DNA of 62,279 nucleotides, counting the filler, from Basidiobolus ranarum (Eukaryota), in NCBI GenBank assembly GCA_040143965.1. It is 28 parts of 28 records of this genome, joined end to end, with 100 filler letters (N's around TTAATTAATTAA, not from the genome) between each part and the next. Parts side by side here need not be neighbours in the genome. Positions count along the whole stretch, not along the records: positions 1 to 2,139 come from JASJQH010010604.1; positions 2,240 to 4,377 come from JASJQH010010605.1; positions 4,478 to 6,613 come from JASJQH010010606.1; positions 6,714 to 8,849 come from JASJQH010010607.1; positions 8,950 to 11,084 come from JASJQH010010608.1; positions 11,185 to 13,318 come from JASJQH010010609.1; 22 more parts are not named here. One strand, given 5' to 3'. This document shows, piece by piece, positions 1-11,639 of this stretch. The notes under the pieces are model-generated. The model made no database searches. It worked only from the letters and a program-made list of their open reading frames with translations, and had not been told where the DNA came from. Numbering within the stretch: the stretch's first letter is position 1; every line of letters starts with the position of its first letter. The position numbers and the translations under genes are program-made.

Positions 1-331
1 CAGACCTTCCATGGAAGATCACCTGATCATCCTTACATCATCCCTCTTTGTATTGGTCCTTGTAGTCCCTTACACCCCAACTCTTGAACTTGCCACAGTA
101 TATTCCCTATTCAGTATATTATGTTTCAACTTGCAATATCTATGTTAGCCCCATGTATTCCTTGATCAGACCTCAGTCTGATCAATGCCAGTTATCAATA
201 AAGATTCTTGTCTAAGTATCTTCCCTGTCCAGTCTTGTCTTTTCTTGTCTTGTGGTCTACACCCAAGTACTCTCCTGCCTTCTAGCCTCTTGTCATTATT
301 TCCAGTCCTTGTCCAGTTCCCTATTGTGACA
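1..331 (+). mobile_element. Ty3/gypsy LTR (family C), 3' part
   Basis: Ends ...CCTATTGTGACA; homologous to 5930-6462, 29952-30474(-) and 42667-43210. Confidence 0.8.
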
Positions 332-362
332 TCTTGTTAGCAGTAGGACATGTTGGTAGGTG

Positions 363-1023
363 TCATCCAAGGCTTCCATACCTTCTTGGCATCTTTAGCC
401 CTTGTGTATTGAAGTAGCTATTTGTCTTTGACATTAGGACAAATTGTGTTAAAGGAACTTTATTGTTTGTTGACCTGGAGTAAAACTTTGGTTTTGGATA
501 GTTTTGTATTGTCTTCTTGTCTACAACAGTATCCCAAAGTTCTTTTTCTTGCTGCAACTGTTTCATTAAAATGATCCAAACACAATTATTTATTTGATTC
601 AATTTTTCAGAAAAGGGAAAAGTTCCAAAACTTGAGATAAAGACATTAAAGAGAGTTCAAGATTGGTATTCATAACCTGTTGAAGTATTTGGGAGCCTGT
701 TGGAAGTGGTTTGGGGAATTAGAGAAACTAGTGGTTTTGACTTGTTGATATATTGAGTAGAAAGTTGGCATTTATATATTTGTCAGGATGTAAGCAAACT
801 AACATGTAGAATGTTCTAAGAAAGGGCCAAGGAACTTGTGTGCAAACTTTGAGGCTTTTTGCACAAGCTTGAAAAGTCTCTATATGAGAGCTTTGAGGTT
901 AATAAAAATGTTGTAAGTAAATGCCAATTGAGATTAATTGAGAATATCTTGGCATGATATAAGATAACTGGGAAATAAGCTAAATGTGACTATATTGGTG
1001 TTTAGGGAATGCTAATTCCAACA
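363..1023 (-). mobile_element. Decayed Ty1/copia 5' end: LTR-A (678-1023), degenerate PBS, gag fragment
   Basis: LTR homologous to 10072-10419; QQEKELWDTV matches copia gag LQEKGLWDTV at 10496. Confidence 0.8.
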
Positions 1024-2139
1024 CCATCCCACCACAATTGGACATCATGATTTTTTGGAAATATTGTGCCAGCTGGTACCAAGTTACCTAACTAAGCTTT
1101 TGAATATCTGAAACTGCAAGTTCATCCCCTAGTTTGTAAGTTATCTATAATTGAATGTGTGGCAAGAAACAATTTATACTGTAAACTATGTAATCAAGTG
1201 TGTACTCAAGACATTTGCATGTTGATAGGCTAAGCATTCATCTCTAACTTGTACCATGTGATGGTCTTCAATTGGGCCCCATGGTTCCTGCATTACCAGT
1301 AGTTTTTGTATACCAGTGTTAAATCACAGCACTTTGTAATGGATTGATCTGCTGTAGGCTAGTCTTGATTAGGAATACTTAATAAGTCATTTTCAGAATA
1401 GCAAATTACCTACTTGATCATGTAAGATTGTAATTAGGTGACAATTTGAACAAACCAATCCAAAATGAGCAAAAACAGCTGCATAAGCTCTTTATTGAAA
1501 AACATTTTTCATTTAAATGCAGTTGAATTGCTTGAACTAATAGGATTTCATTGCACTTTTTTAATATATGGCAACTTCACACTTTCAGTGTTTCCAGAAG
1601 ATTTAAGAAATCATAATCTAACTGAAGTATTTCTGCTACATTTAACTTCAATCCATTTGATTACCATCAATCATGTGCTAAACAATAGACTTGTTCCATT
1701 TTATTGAGCCAGATCATGCCAGCTAAAAAGTGTGCCAGCACAAATTGGCACAATTGGGCACTATCCGGCATGATATTATGTACTGTTTTGGAAACTGTTT
1801 ATTTTACTTTTGTGGTATATTTAAGAAAGGTACCTTTAGGCATTATTGCTCATTCAAAAAATGATGAAAGCTTTATTCATAGTGTCTTAAGTCTAGAGCT
1901 CTCAATGGATATCTTTGAGTATGAATGTATTGATAATTAATCAAGATTTTTACTACTTTGCCTAACTTTGATTGAGGCCCACAAAATGATTTTTCACTAT
2001 ACTTTCCTGCTATAATGCTATATCTCTGTAGGAAACCAAATCTATGTTCTACTCTTGCTCTAAAATGGGAAAATATGTCATTATAAAGCTTTTGCCTCTC
2101 TGTGAGTATCTCTACCTCTGGGCCTCTTGTTAGCAGTGA

Positions 2140-2239
2140 NNNNNNNNNNNNNNNNNNNNNNNNNNNNNNNNNNNNNNNNNNNNTTAATTAATTAANNNNN
2201 NNNNNNNNNNNNNNNNNNNNNNNNNNNNNNNNNNNNNNN
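2140..2239. other. Assembly linker N44-TTAATTAATTAA-N44 (first of 27, recurring about every 2.2 kb; last at 60063-60162)
   Basis: Identical 100-nt spacer with a six-frame-stop core. Intervening contigs shrink from 2139 to 2117 bp, indicating concatenated size-sorted contigs. Confidence 0.98.
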
Positions 2240-4377
2240 ATCTAAATAAAGGCATGCATATTAATTTGAATTCCTACAGCAGTAAACCCATTAGTTTGCC
2301 ATTCAAAAATTATATTTTTGCAAAAATTGCTGGATATTGAATAATGCATGACAAATTTGAGGATCAATATTTAAACATGTATGAATACCGCTAAGATACC
2401 ATCAAGAAACCACCTTCACATCAGCAAAATGCCTGGCAGAATGCAAGCCAACAATATTGGGACGGTTCTCTGACGGTCTTGCTATTTTGGAGGGTGGATC
2501 TGATCCGGATCAAATTGATTTTATTTTTGTTAGGGATTTTACTAGGACTCCCATCAATATCCACTCATCTAGGTGTTTATTCAAATGCAAAGACTGGAAG
2601 TATTGGATTTGTATGTATTCAAGTGGAATTTTGAAAAGATTTCTGCCTGATAAATATTGGCAACATTGGGAGATGTTTGTTGATATTGTTAATATATTCT
2701 TATGGCATCAACCCACATTGGCAGATCTCAGGCAGATACAGTGACTGTGCAAAGATTTTGTAATCAGATATGAAAAACTTTATTACAGATTTAAAGAAGA
2801 TAGACCAAATCTATGCCAGTATTCAATATGTTCCCTGCTGCATCTTTCACAATGCTTAGAGATTATAGGCCCTTCCTATACATTCTGGGTGTTCCCAATG
2901 GAGCACACCTGTGGTGCAATGATGCTCCATGTGAAATTGTCAGTATTACTGTATGCTAATCTGATTAACAATGTATCAGCAAACTCAGTGATGGATGCAA
3001 TGCAATGGGCTAAGGAGACTCCAGAGTATATTAACCTTCCAACAAAGGGCTCTTGTCAATGTGCTTATGGGCTTTTGCATTGTTTGAGCACAATAACAGC
3101 AACAAAGCCCAATCCATGGACACAGAGTAAGTACCTCTATAATTTGGACTAATTTGTTTGTGTGATAATCTGATGGTACTTCTAGGAAAGCTGCAAGACA
3201 GACTTCTTGGTGAGATAGATCAAGATATACAGTATTATTGTTTTAGCCATGGGGTAATCTATTCAAGCTATGACACATCTACTTGTGGCAGGACATTTGT
3301 TGACTCCAAGTTGGGATATATTGGTTTAATTCTTTAAGGAAATTTGAAAAAATCCAAGAGCTAATTCTCATTGTGAATGGTAACAACAGTAAACTATTTA
3401 CCCAGTGTCAGTGCTATTCTAAATTTCAGATGTTTAGCATTTTTCCACCATTAGTTTGCTGTAAAGCATATTAGTGTTGATGATTTATGTCTAATCAGTC
3501 AAGTACATGCATTTGTAGAGACTAAACACAAAAAGTTTCTTGTAATTTTTGATTCTCACTATGGCTGGAATACAAAGCCTAAAATATCTAAACAAAGGCC
3601 TGCATATTAGTTAGAATTCCTACAGCAGTAAACCCAGTAATTTGCCATTCAAAAATTATATTTTTGCAAAAATTGCCCAATATTGAATAATGCATGCCAA
3701 TTTTGAGGATCAATATTTTAACATGAATGATACCATCAAAATGCTGTCTAGAAACTGCCATCACACCATTAAATCCCTGGCAGAATGCAAGCCACTGATA
3801 TTATGATGGTTCTCTGATGGTTATGACATTTTCAAGGGTGGATCCAATCTGGATCAAACCAATTTAATTATTGTTAGGGTTTTTACCAGGACTCCCATCA
3901 ATATTCACTCATCAAGGCATATATTTAAATGCAAAGATTGGAAATATTGGATTTGTGTAAAATCAAGTGGAATCTTGAAAAAATCTTGCATGATCAGTAT
4001 TGGCAACATTGCAAGTTGTCTCTGGATATTGTTAATATACTTTTATGGCATCAACTCACATTGGCAGATCTCAGGCAGATAGAGCTACTGTGCAAAGATT
4101 TTATAATTGGATATGAAAGACTTTATTATAAGTTTAAAAGAAGACAGACTGAATCTATGCCAGTTTTCAATTTGAGAGCCAAATAACCATTTGGACATGA
4201 AGGTAGTTCAATTACTGAAGGATTATAAGTCATATGATTGACAAGTGTTTTCCACTTATACCAGGTCTGTGGCAAGCAACATTTGCCAATCAACTGTGGT
4301 AAAAGTATAAGAAAACCAATACACACCTGGTTGCTATGAATGGATTGAACTCTCCACTCCTCAATAATCAAAGCTGC
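2240..4377 (+). mobile_element. CACTA/EnSpm-like transposon remnants: transposase 3' part with right termini at 2535 and 3879
   Basis: FKCKDWKYW, LLHLSQCLEIIGP and FPMEHTCG (DUF4218-like) motifs; termini ...TTGTTAGGG; multiple stops; inverted fragment after about 4170. Confidence 0.85.
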
Positions 4378-4477
4378 NNNNNNNNNNNNNNNNNNNNNNN
4401 NNNNNNNNNNNNNNNNNNNNNTTAATTAATTAANNNNNNNNNNNNNNNNNNNNNNNNNNNNNNNNNNNNNNNNNNNN

Positions 4478-5929
4478 CGCTGGAGCCCGATCTATTTTTT
4501 GGTTTTTGGTGAAATAGTCTGATTCCTAACATAAACTCTGTATCTTATCACCAAGCAACAGTGTGTCTTCATATAGATCGTATGTGTGCATTCAGATTAA
4601 AGTTGTCACTGCACAGCTGAGTAAGTGGTATTGGAATATTATTGAATAGTAAGTGCATAGTGGTTAATGAGAAGCTCTGGCTCTATCTGATCTCCTTCAG
4701 CAATATAATCCTAGGCTTATGGCTAATCTCAAGTTTGATGTTAGACTTTTTATTTGATGAAATGATATCAGTGAGCATGTTAAATTTGACTGCGCTCTTG
4801 ATGTTAAAGTTACTGTGCTTAGTGCTGTATTTGAATAGTAGTAACACTTATGAATGGTAGAGTAAACTTCATAGCTTTGACAAAATCTACAGCAAGATAG
4901 TGCATTGTGCAGGTGAAGACCTCCAAGTTTACTGATGGCAAGAGTGTTATCAATACATACAATGATATTAGCTTTAAAATCTATTCACACATCTGAACCC
5001 CATTAGCTAACCATTCAAATTCCACAATCAAGGGCTTCAAGAAGCTATCTATAAGCATTGGTGATTTAGATCCAGGAATGATTAATAGTATCAAGATATT
5101 ATGACTCTTATACTGTTCAGAAGAAGGAAGATATAAGTTAATAAAAGTTATTGGCTAGCAAGCCTTTCCAATAATATATATGTTTAGTGCAAAACCATCA
5201 AGAGCCAATGTAAATGTATCAGTGTAGGTGTTCTCAAAGGAACCCTGAACTTTCAGATTCTGGTAGTGATATCTATCAAGTGATTTGGTAATATCATAAG
5301 CATCAAGATGATTACTCTGGTAACAGATCAATGAACTATATTTGGGTGACTTCATCAAAACTATAAGATGGGGAATCATTGGTATGTATGCCAAATATAA
5401 ACAATCTTTTCTGGACTCAGTAATTCTCAATTTTATGAGAATGGTACATGACTTCAGGTTTTTCAATCACTGGTGAAAACTAAACAACCATTAGGACATG
5501 AAGATAGGTTAATTACTGAAGTATTCTAAGACAGGTGATGGCAAGTGTTTTCCACTCTTACCAGGTCTGTGGCAAGCAACAGTTGCTAATCCACTATGGT
5601 AAAGGTTTAAGAAAACCAATTAACACCTGGTTACTAAGGTTGGATTGAACTCTCCACTTCTCAATAATCAAAGCTGCTTCCTTCACTGTAAGTGTTATGA
5701 GTGGACTAATGCTCGCCAGTAACAAAGAGTCCACAACAAAACCATTGTCTTCTTCTTCATCTTGTAATAAACTACCATCAGTCATGGAAAAACCAAGGTC
5801 TTCATCTAGCAGCATATCCTCAAAGTTGTCCAGATTTACTGATTTGAGCAAAGTTGCATTTATACCTACATCATCCTAGTTATATCACTGTGATGACTCC
5901 ATGCTATCCAGACTTTCAGCAGTGTTACC
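4478..5929 (-). mobile_element. CACTA/EnSpm-like transposase pseudogene (Transposase_21 region)
   Basis: LALDGFALNIYIIGKAC motif and acidic N-terminal region shared with other copies; disrupted. Confidence 0.8.
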
Positions 5930-6462
5930 TGTTATGTTATTGATTTTGGCATACTCATCCACCACAAATTGAATTCTTCTATTATTAGATTATGACATCA
6001 TAATTGCTGGGCCATACTTTCTTTGCAATCTTGTGCTATTGCATCCAGGTTACCTTCTATGGAAGTCATGTTCTTTGGAACATTCCATTAAACCTAACCA
6101 TACATATCATCCAACAAATAAGATATTTGTACCAAGATCTTCCATGAATGGTTACCAGCTTATCCTTAAAACATCCCTCTCTGTACTGGTCCTTGCAGTC
6201 CCCAACACCCCAACACTTGAATTTGCCACAGTATATTCCCTGTTCAGTATGGTATGTTTCACCCTGCAATATCTATATAAGCTCCCAGTTTTCCTTAAGC
6301 AGATCTCATTCTGATCAATGCCAGTTATCAATAAAGACTCTTGCCAGAGCAGCTTTCTAGTTCAGTCATGTCTTGTCTTCCTTGTGGTCTACTCCTAAGT
6401 AACCACCTGTTTTCTAGCCTCTTGTCACTGTATCCCATCCTTGTCCAGCTCCTTCTTGTGCA
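5930..6462 (+). mobile_element. Gypsy LTR-C nested in the CACTA copy, followed by a copia gag start (6463-6613)
   Basis: TG...CA bounded, about 530 bp, homologous to 42667-43210. Confidence 0.8.
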
Positions 6463-6743
6463 TTTATGGAACTTTTCTCTCTTCTGAAAAATTGGATGGA
6501 ACCAATTATCAAATTTGGAAATTTAAATGAAAATGCTGCTGCAAGAAAAAGGACTTTGGGACACTGTTATAGGAGAAGAAAACAATGCAAAACTATCTGA
6601 AACCAAAGTTTTANNNNNNNNNNNNNNNNNNNNNNNNNNNNNNNNNNNNNNNNNNNNTTAATTAATTAANNNNNNNNNNNNNNNNNNNNNNNNNNNNNNN
6701 NNNNNNNNNNNNNAAGTGGTTGATGATGAGTAACAGTATTTAA

Positions 6744-6861
6744 GATTTAATTATTTGCTTTATCTATCTGATTTAACTATTTGCTTTAACTATCTGATTT
6801 AACTATTTGCTTTAACTATCTGATTTAACTATTTGCTTTAACTATCTGATTTAACTATTTG
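6744..6861. repeat. Minisatellite, 26-bp unit TATTTGCTTTAACTATCTGATTTAAC (13+13 dimer), about 4.5 copies
   Basis: Read directly from the sequence. Confidence 0.9.
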
Positions 6862-7360
6862 AACTTCGGTGTTGATTCTAGTGCGATATGAAAGCTCTTA
6901 ATTTGGTTTTTTTGGTAAGTAGAACTGAAATATTGTATGTAAAAGCCTCTCTAGTTGTTAAACAGATTCGTATTCAATCCAATCTTTATCCAAAATGCGT
7001 CTCTCTATTGCTACTTTACTAAGCACCATCTTAGCTAGAACTGTTATATCCAGTATCCCTTCCGCACTTAGAATAGCAGTGCCTCCCACTATTATCAAGA
7101 TACTAACTTTTACGTTTATCAGACTTTCATCAGCACATGGACTGTTGCAAAATGTCAGTGCTGGAGACTGTTATGCTATGCCAACCTATGCAGCATACTA
7201 GATAATCAAATATTACACTGTCGGTCATCTGACTCGATAAAATGAAACCTCAATCTTTGACAACATCCAAAAGTCACATTGAGTGGACAGTAATATGAGA
7301 AAGAAAATAAAAGAGCGAATATATTTGAGTAAGTAATCATAGGTTTTACATTGGTGGAGA

Positions 7361-7846
7361 TCAGAATTTGGGAAGAATGGTGAAGGGACCAGATATAGCA
7401 AAAAGTGTGGGTTGTTGAGGGTTTGACTTGGAACTGGTAGTAACACGGATGTAGTATAGATTCGGGTTTACGCCTTTCTCCTTAATATCAGGAACTCTCC
7501 AAGTGTAAGTGAAGGTTGTGCTCGGAATATGATCAACTATTTTGGTGCTATAGGCGCTTTTGATTAAAGGTGCTCCACTCGCAAAGCCGTACTCGAGACT
7601 GTTGTACAAACGTAGATCAAAATCCCCAATTTTATCGCCGCTAGCGCCACATTCACCTATTGCCCACTTAAGTTCGATCTTCTCTCCAACTCTCAATTTC
7701 GAGCCAATTTTAGGCGTATCAAAGATCAAGCAAGAGTAGTCTCGCTTTCCCCAAGCCAATTTCTTGTCAAACTCAGCGATTGCCTCGGCAGGCCAACAAA
7801 AGCAAACGGTCATGAGCAGAGCTAGGAACAGATTGAACTTGATCAT
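7361..7846 (-). CDS. Small secreted protein, Kre9/Knh1-type (PF10342-like) Ig-like domain, 161 aa, intronless
   Basis: Hydrophobic signal peptide, KR site, GEKIELKW...TYTWRVP...YYIRV...SGPFTI pattern; CpG retained. Confidence 0.8.
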   Translation of the reverse strand: MIKFNLFLALLMTVCFCWPAEAIAEFDKKLAWGKRDYSCLIFDTPKIGSKLRVGEKIELKWAIGECGASGDKIGDFDLRLYNSLEYGFASGAPLIKSAYSTKIVDHIPSTTFTYTWRVPDIKEKGVNPNLYYIRVTTSSKSNPQQPTLFAISGPFTILPKF

Positions 7847-7944
7847 GGTAAAGGAAGTGATTTCTTGCTCGTACTCCTAGGAGTTGTTAATCATTTATAC
7901 ACTACCATCACATGTTAGTAATCCACGACGCTTGGCTTGAGAGA

Positions 7945-8305
7945 GAAAGAATATTGTTCTTTTAATGAAATCCAAGTTTGATAAATGATTTTGTGGCACT
8001 ATCAATACGATAGTCTTTTTCACTAAGTTTCTCTTATTTGATTCCAGAAGGTTTGGAGGTCTTTTGATCATATAAGCAAAATTATAATGACAATTACAGT
8101 TGTATATTCATCTTAACTCCAGGTTAAATTCACCACATCACTTCGCACTAGAATTCAATAAATATTGTGCTCACCTAGTTGCGGTAGACTTTAGAAAAAC
8201 CAACGAAGAACAAAATCCCTCTGGTGAAAGAATGTTGTTCTTTTAATGAAATTCAAGTTTGATAAATGATTTTATAGCAACAACAATAGGATAGTCTTTT
8301 TCACT
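7945..8305. repeat. Two ~80-bp direct repeats (7945-8024, 8226-8305) upstream of the secreted-protein gene
   Basis: GAAAGAAT(A/G)TTGTTCTTTTAATGAAAT...GATAGTCTTTTTCACT occurs twice, 281 bp apart. Confidence 0.85.
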
Positions 8306-8572
8306 CCATTACTGAGAATCTGTGACTACTGAATTCCTCATTTGATTATCTATTCTAAGCTATTACACAAACTCCCGAATATCTCAAACAAATGACTTCT
8401 CTTCGTTGTAAGTAACCATATTCTGTTAAGGATAAACGAACTAAAACAGTGTGATAAATTGTCTCTAAATGTGAGGTATATCCTCATTGAGACCAGATTC
8501 TCCAACAAATAAGATGTGGTATATGTGATAGCCACAACAATAGTCATACGTTCTATAGAGTTATGTTGTCCA

Positions 8573-8849
8573 TGTTAAAGTATTTGGGAGCCTGTTGGAA
8601 GTGGTTTGGAAAATTAGAGGAATTGGTGGTTTTCACTTATTGAGTTGACATTTATAGTTTTGTCAAGATGTAAACAAACTAACATGTAGAATATGTTAAG
8701 GAAGGTTCCAGGAACATGTGTGCAAAGTTTGGGGCTTCTTTGAAAAATCTATATATCTGAGAACTTCTAAGTAAATTCCGCATGGGAATAATGGATAATA
8801 TCTTAGTGAACTATAAGATAACTAAGTACTAAGCTATATATGACTATAT
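8573..8849 (-). mobile_element. Copia LTR-A, truncated by contig end
   Basis: Starts TGTTAAAGTATTTGGGAGCCTGTTGGAAG, as at 27298. Confidence 0.85.
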
Positions 8850-8949
8850 NNNNNNNNNNNNNNNNNNNNNNNNNNNNNNNNNNNNNNNNNNNNTTAATTA
8901 ATTAANNNNNNNNNNNNNNNNNNNNNNNNNNNNNNNNNNNNNNNNNNNN

Positions 8950-9207
8950 AGCAGTAAACCCAGTAATTTGCCATTTGAAAATTATATTTTTGCAAAAATT
9001 GCTGGTTATTGAATAACGCATGCCAAATTTGAGGATCAATATTTTAACATGTATGAATACTGTTAGGATACCATCAAGAAACCGCCGTCACACCATTAAA
9101 ATCCCTGGCAGAATGCAAGCTGGCAATATTGTGACGGTTCTCTGACGGTTTTGCTATTTCGGAGGGTGGATCCGATCCGGATCAAATCAATTTTATTTTT
9201 GTTAGGG
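8950..9207 (+). mobile_element. CACTA-like transposon right end (CpG-rich copy)
   Basis: Ends GGATCAAATCAATTTTATTTTTGTTAGGG, as at 2535, 3879 and 42599. Confidence 0.85.
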
Positions 9208-10071
9208 AAAAACAGGCTCAACTACATGTAATACTCATGATCCAGATGGACTATATCCCTTGCACAGAGCCTATTACTTCTATATACACAAAGGCTCTAA
9301 TCAGAGATATTATATTTATATATCCAATCAACATGCCATCTACATATGTAAGGAAACCATATATTAACTATATGAGAGGGAATACTGTTCACTTTCTGTG
9401 TTTAACCAACTAAACACTTGTTATATAGTTAACCAAGATGCCAAGTAAGTCTAGTAGACCCCAGCAGAATCAATTGACTATGGCATACCTAAGCACTCTT
9501 GGGTGTTTTCAAGCATAGCCAAGTGAGAATCAGGTATTCACATGTTGTACAACTGCAAAATCAATCCTAAGTTGAAATTAGTATTGCTTGAGGACCTATA
9601 GAATCATATATAGCTTAGTATTTAGTTATGTTGTACAATTAACATTTTTCCACAGTTTGGCTAAACTCAGTTATAATACATATATCAGAAGCAGAAAGCA
9701 GCATATCTATGGGCCCTGTATTCTGTTTGGAAAATCTCTATATCTTTATAATCAGTGTGTTTTATTATCCTCACTTATCTATTATATTTATAACATAGAC
9801 TGCTGAATATCTTGGACAATTAATTTTCTCCTTGGCTATATAAGTGACCATATTCTCTTATAGATAATGTTACTAAAACACTGCCTCTAGTACATAAAGT
9901 CTACCAATTGATGTCTGGTTCTTCCAATAAGGTATCCTATATTCTACTAAGACATCCCACATAATTCTCAATTGGAATTTACTTGTAATATCTTACTAGC
10001 TTAGAAGTTTGATGATTTCTACACTTTGAGAACTGGTGCTAGAAGCCCCAAACTTAAACACATGTTCCTGG

Positions 10072-11084
10072 TGTTGAAATTAGCATTGCCTAAACATCTA
10101 TATAGTCATATATAGCTTAGTACTTAGTTATCTTATATTTTGCTAAGAAATTATCCATTATTCTCAATTGGAATTTACTTGGAATATTTTTACCAACTTA
10201 AAAGTTCTTGGATATATAGATTTATCAAACCTATGCTAGAAGCCCCAGACTTTGCACACATGTTCCTGGGACCTTCTGTAATAAATTCTACAAGTTGGTG
10301 TGCTTACATCTTGACAAAACTAGATATGTCAACTTTCTACTAAATAAATCAATAAGTGAAAACCGCTAATTCCTCTAATTCTCCAAACCACTTCCAACAG
10401 GCTCCCAAATACTTTAAAAGCTTATGAGCCCAAAGCTTGTGCTCTCTGTAATGTCTACTTCTCAAACTTATGGAACTTTTCCCTCTTTGGAATAATTGGA
10501 AGGAGCCAATTATCAAGTTTGGAAAGTTAAAATGAAAATGCTGCTGCAAGAAAAAGGACTTTGGGACACTGTTGCAGGAGAAGAAAAAAAGCAAAACTAT
10601 CTGAAACTAAAGTTTTACTCCAGGTTAAAAAAGAATAAAGTTCCTCTAACACAATTTGTCTTAATGTTCAAGACAAATTGCTAATTCAATGTTCAAGAGC
10701 TAAAACTGCCAAGAAGGTGTGGAATGCCTTGGAAGATACCTCCCAAACAAGTACTACTGCCAACAAGAATTTTCTAAGAAGACAATTGCTTAACTTAAAG
10801 ATGAAGCCAGGAGACAACATTAAATCACTGATTAACAGAGTCACTATTTTAGTTGATGAAATGAAATGCATGGAAGTACCTACTACTGATCAAGATATCA
10901 TAGTTACAGTCCTGAACAGCCTGCCACACAAGTTTTAGAGCTTAGTAATGGCTCTAGAATCAAGAACTGAAAATTTGACCTCAAATTATGTATTGAGCAG
11001 ACTTCTGGATCAAGATTTATACAAATCAGGATCCAACCTAAAGAATGAAGAAAATCCTTTAATAGGCTATGGGAAACCTTCCTA
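10072..11084 (+). mobile_element. Ty1/copia 5' LTR-A (10072-10419), PBS (10420-10431), frameshifted gag
   Basis: NYQVWKVKMKMLLQEKGLWDTV; AKKVWNALE...LLNLKMKPGD...VLNSLP (UBN2-type gag). Confidence 0.9.
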
Positions 11085-11184
11085 NNNNNNNNNNNNNNNN
11101 NNNNNNNNNNNNNNNNNNNNNNNNNNNNTTAATTAATTAANNNNNNNNNNNNNNNNNNNNNNNNNNNNNNNNNNNNNNNNNNNN

Positions 11185-11639
11185 ACAGAGTGCCACAATA
11201 TTGCAGGGTATCTGCCAGATAGCTAGAAGAATGTTGATTCAGCAACATTAATACAATGGTGGGCTTTGATAGAGGTATTGATACAAACTTGTGTGGGGTA
11301 TGAGCTAAATATTGGGTATGAAGAACTCTATAATAATATTCAGGAGAATATATCAAAGAGACCAGGGATTTCAAAGGTGATAAATTAGCATTCAAGCAAT
11401 AATTGTGTAAAATATGAGTTTTGTTTCTCACACATGTGTTGATCCATAGTTTGCTGAGATTGTAGCCAATCATATGCAACTATTTTGCAAGATCTTGAAA
11501 TTTCACTCCTGAAACTGGAAAATTGATTAAAATCAAATCTAATTTGACAATTTTATGACAGTAAGTAAACAGTCAACACCAAATGGATCAAAAATGTGAC
11601 AGGTTTCCTACAATAGCAATCCTCAAATTTCTGTTAGGG
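11185..11639 (-). mobile_element. Probable left end of the CACTA-like element
   Basis: Reverse complement begins CCCTAACAGAAAT; homologous to 46525-46744. Confidence 0.6.

Noticed and set aside
3871-3879. TTAGGG as telomeric repeat
   Set aside because: Single copies only, forming the transposon terminus.
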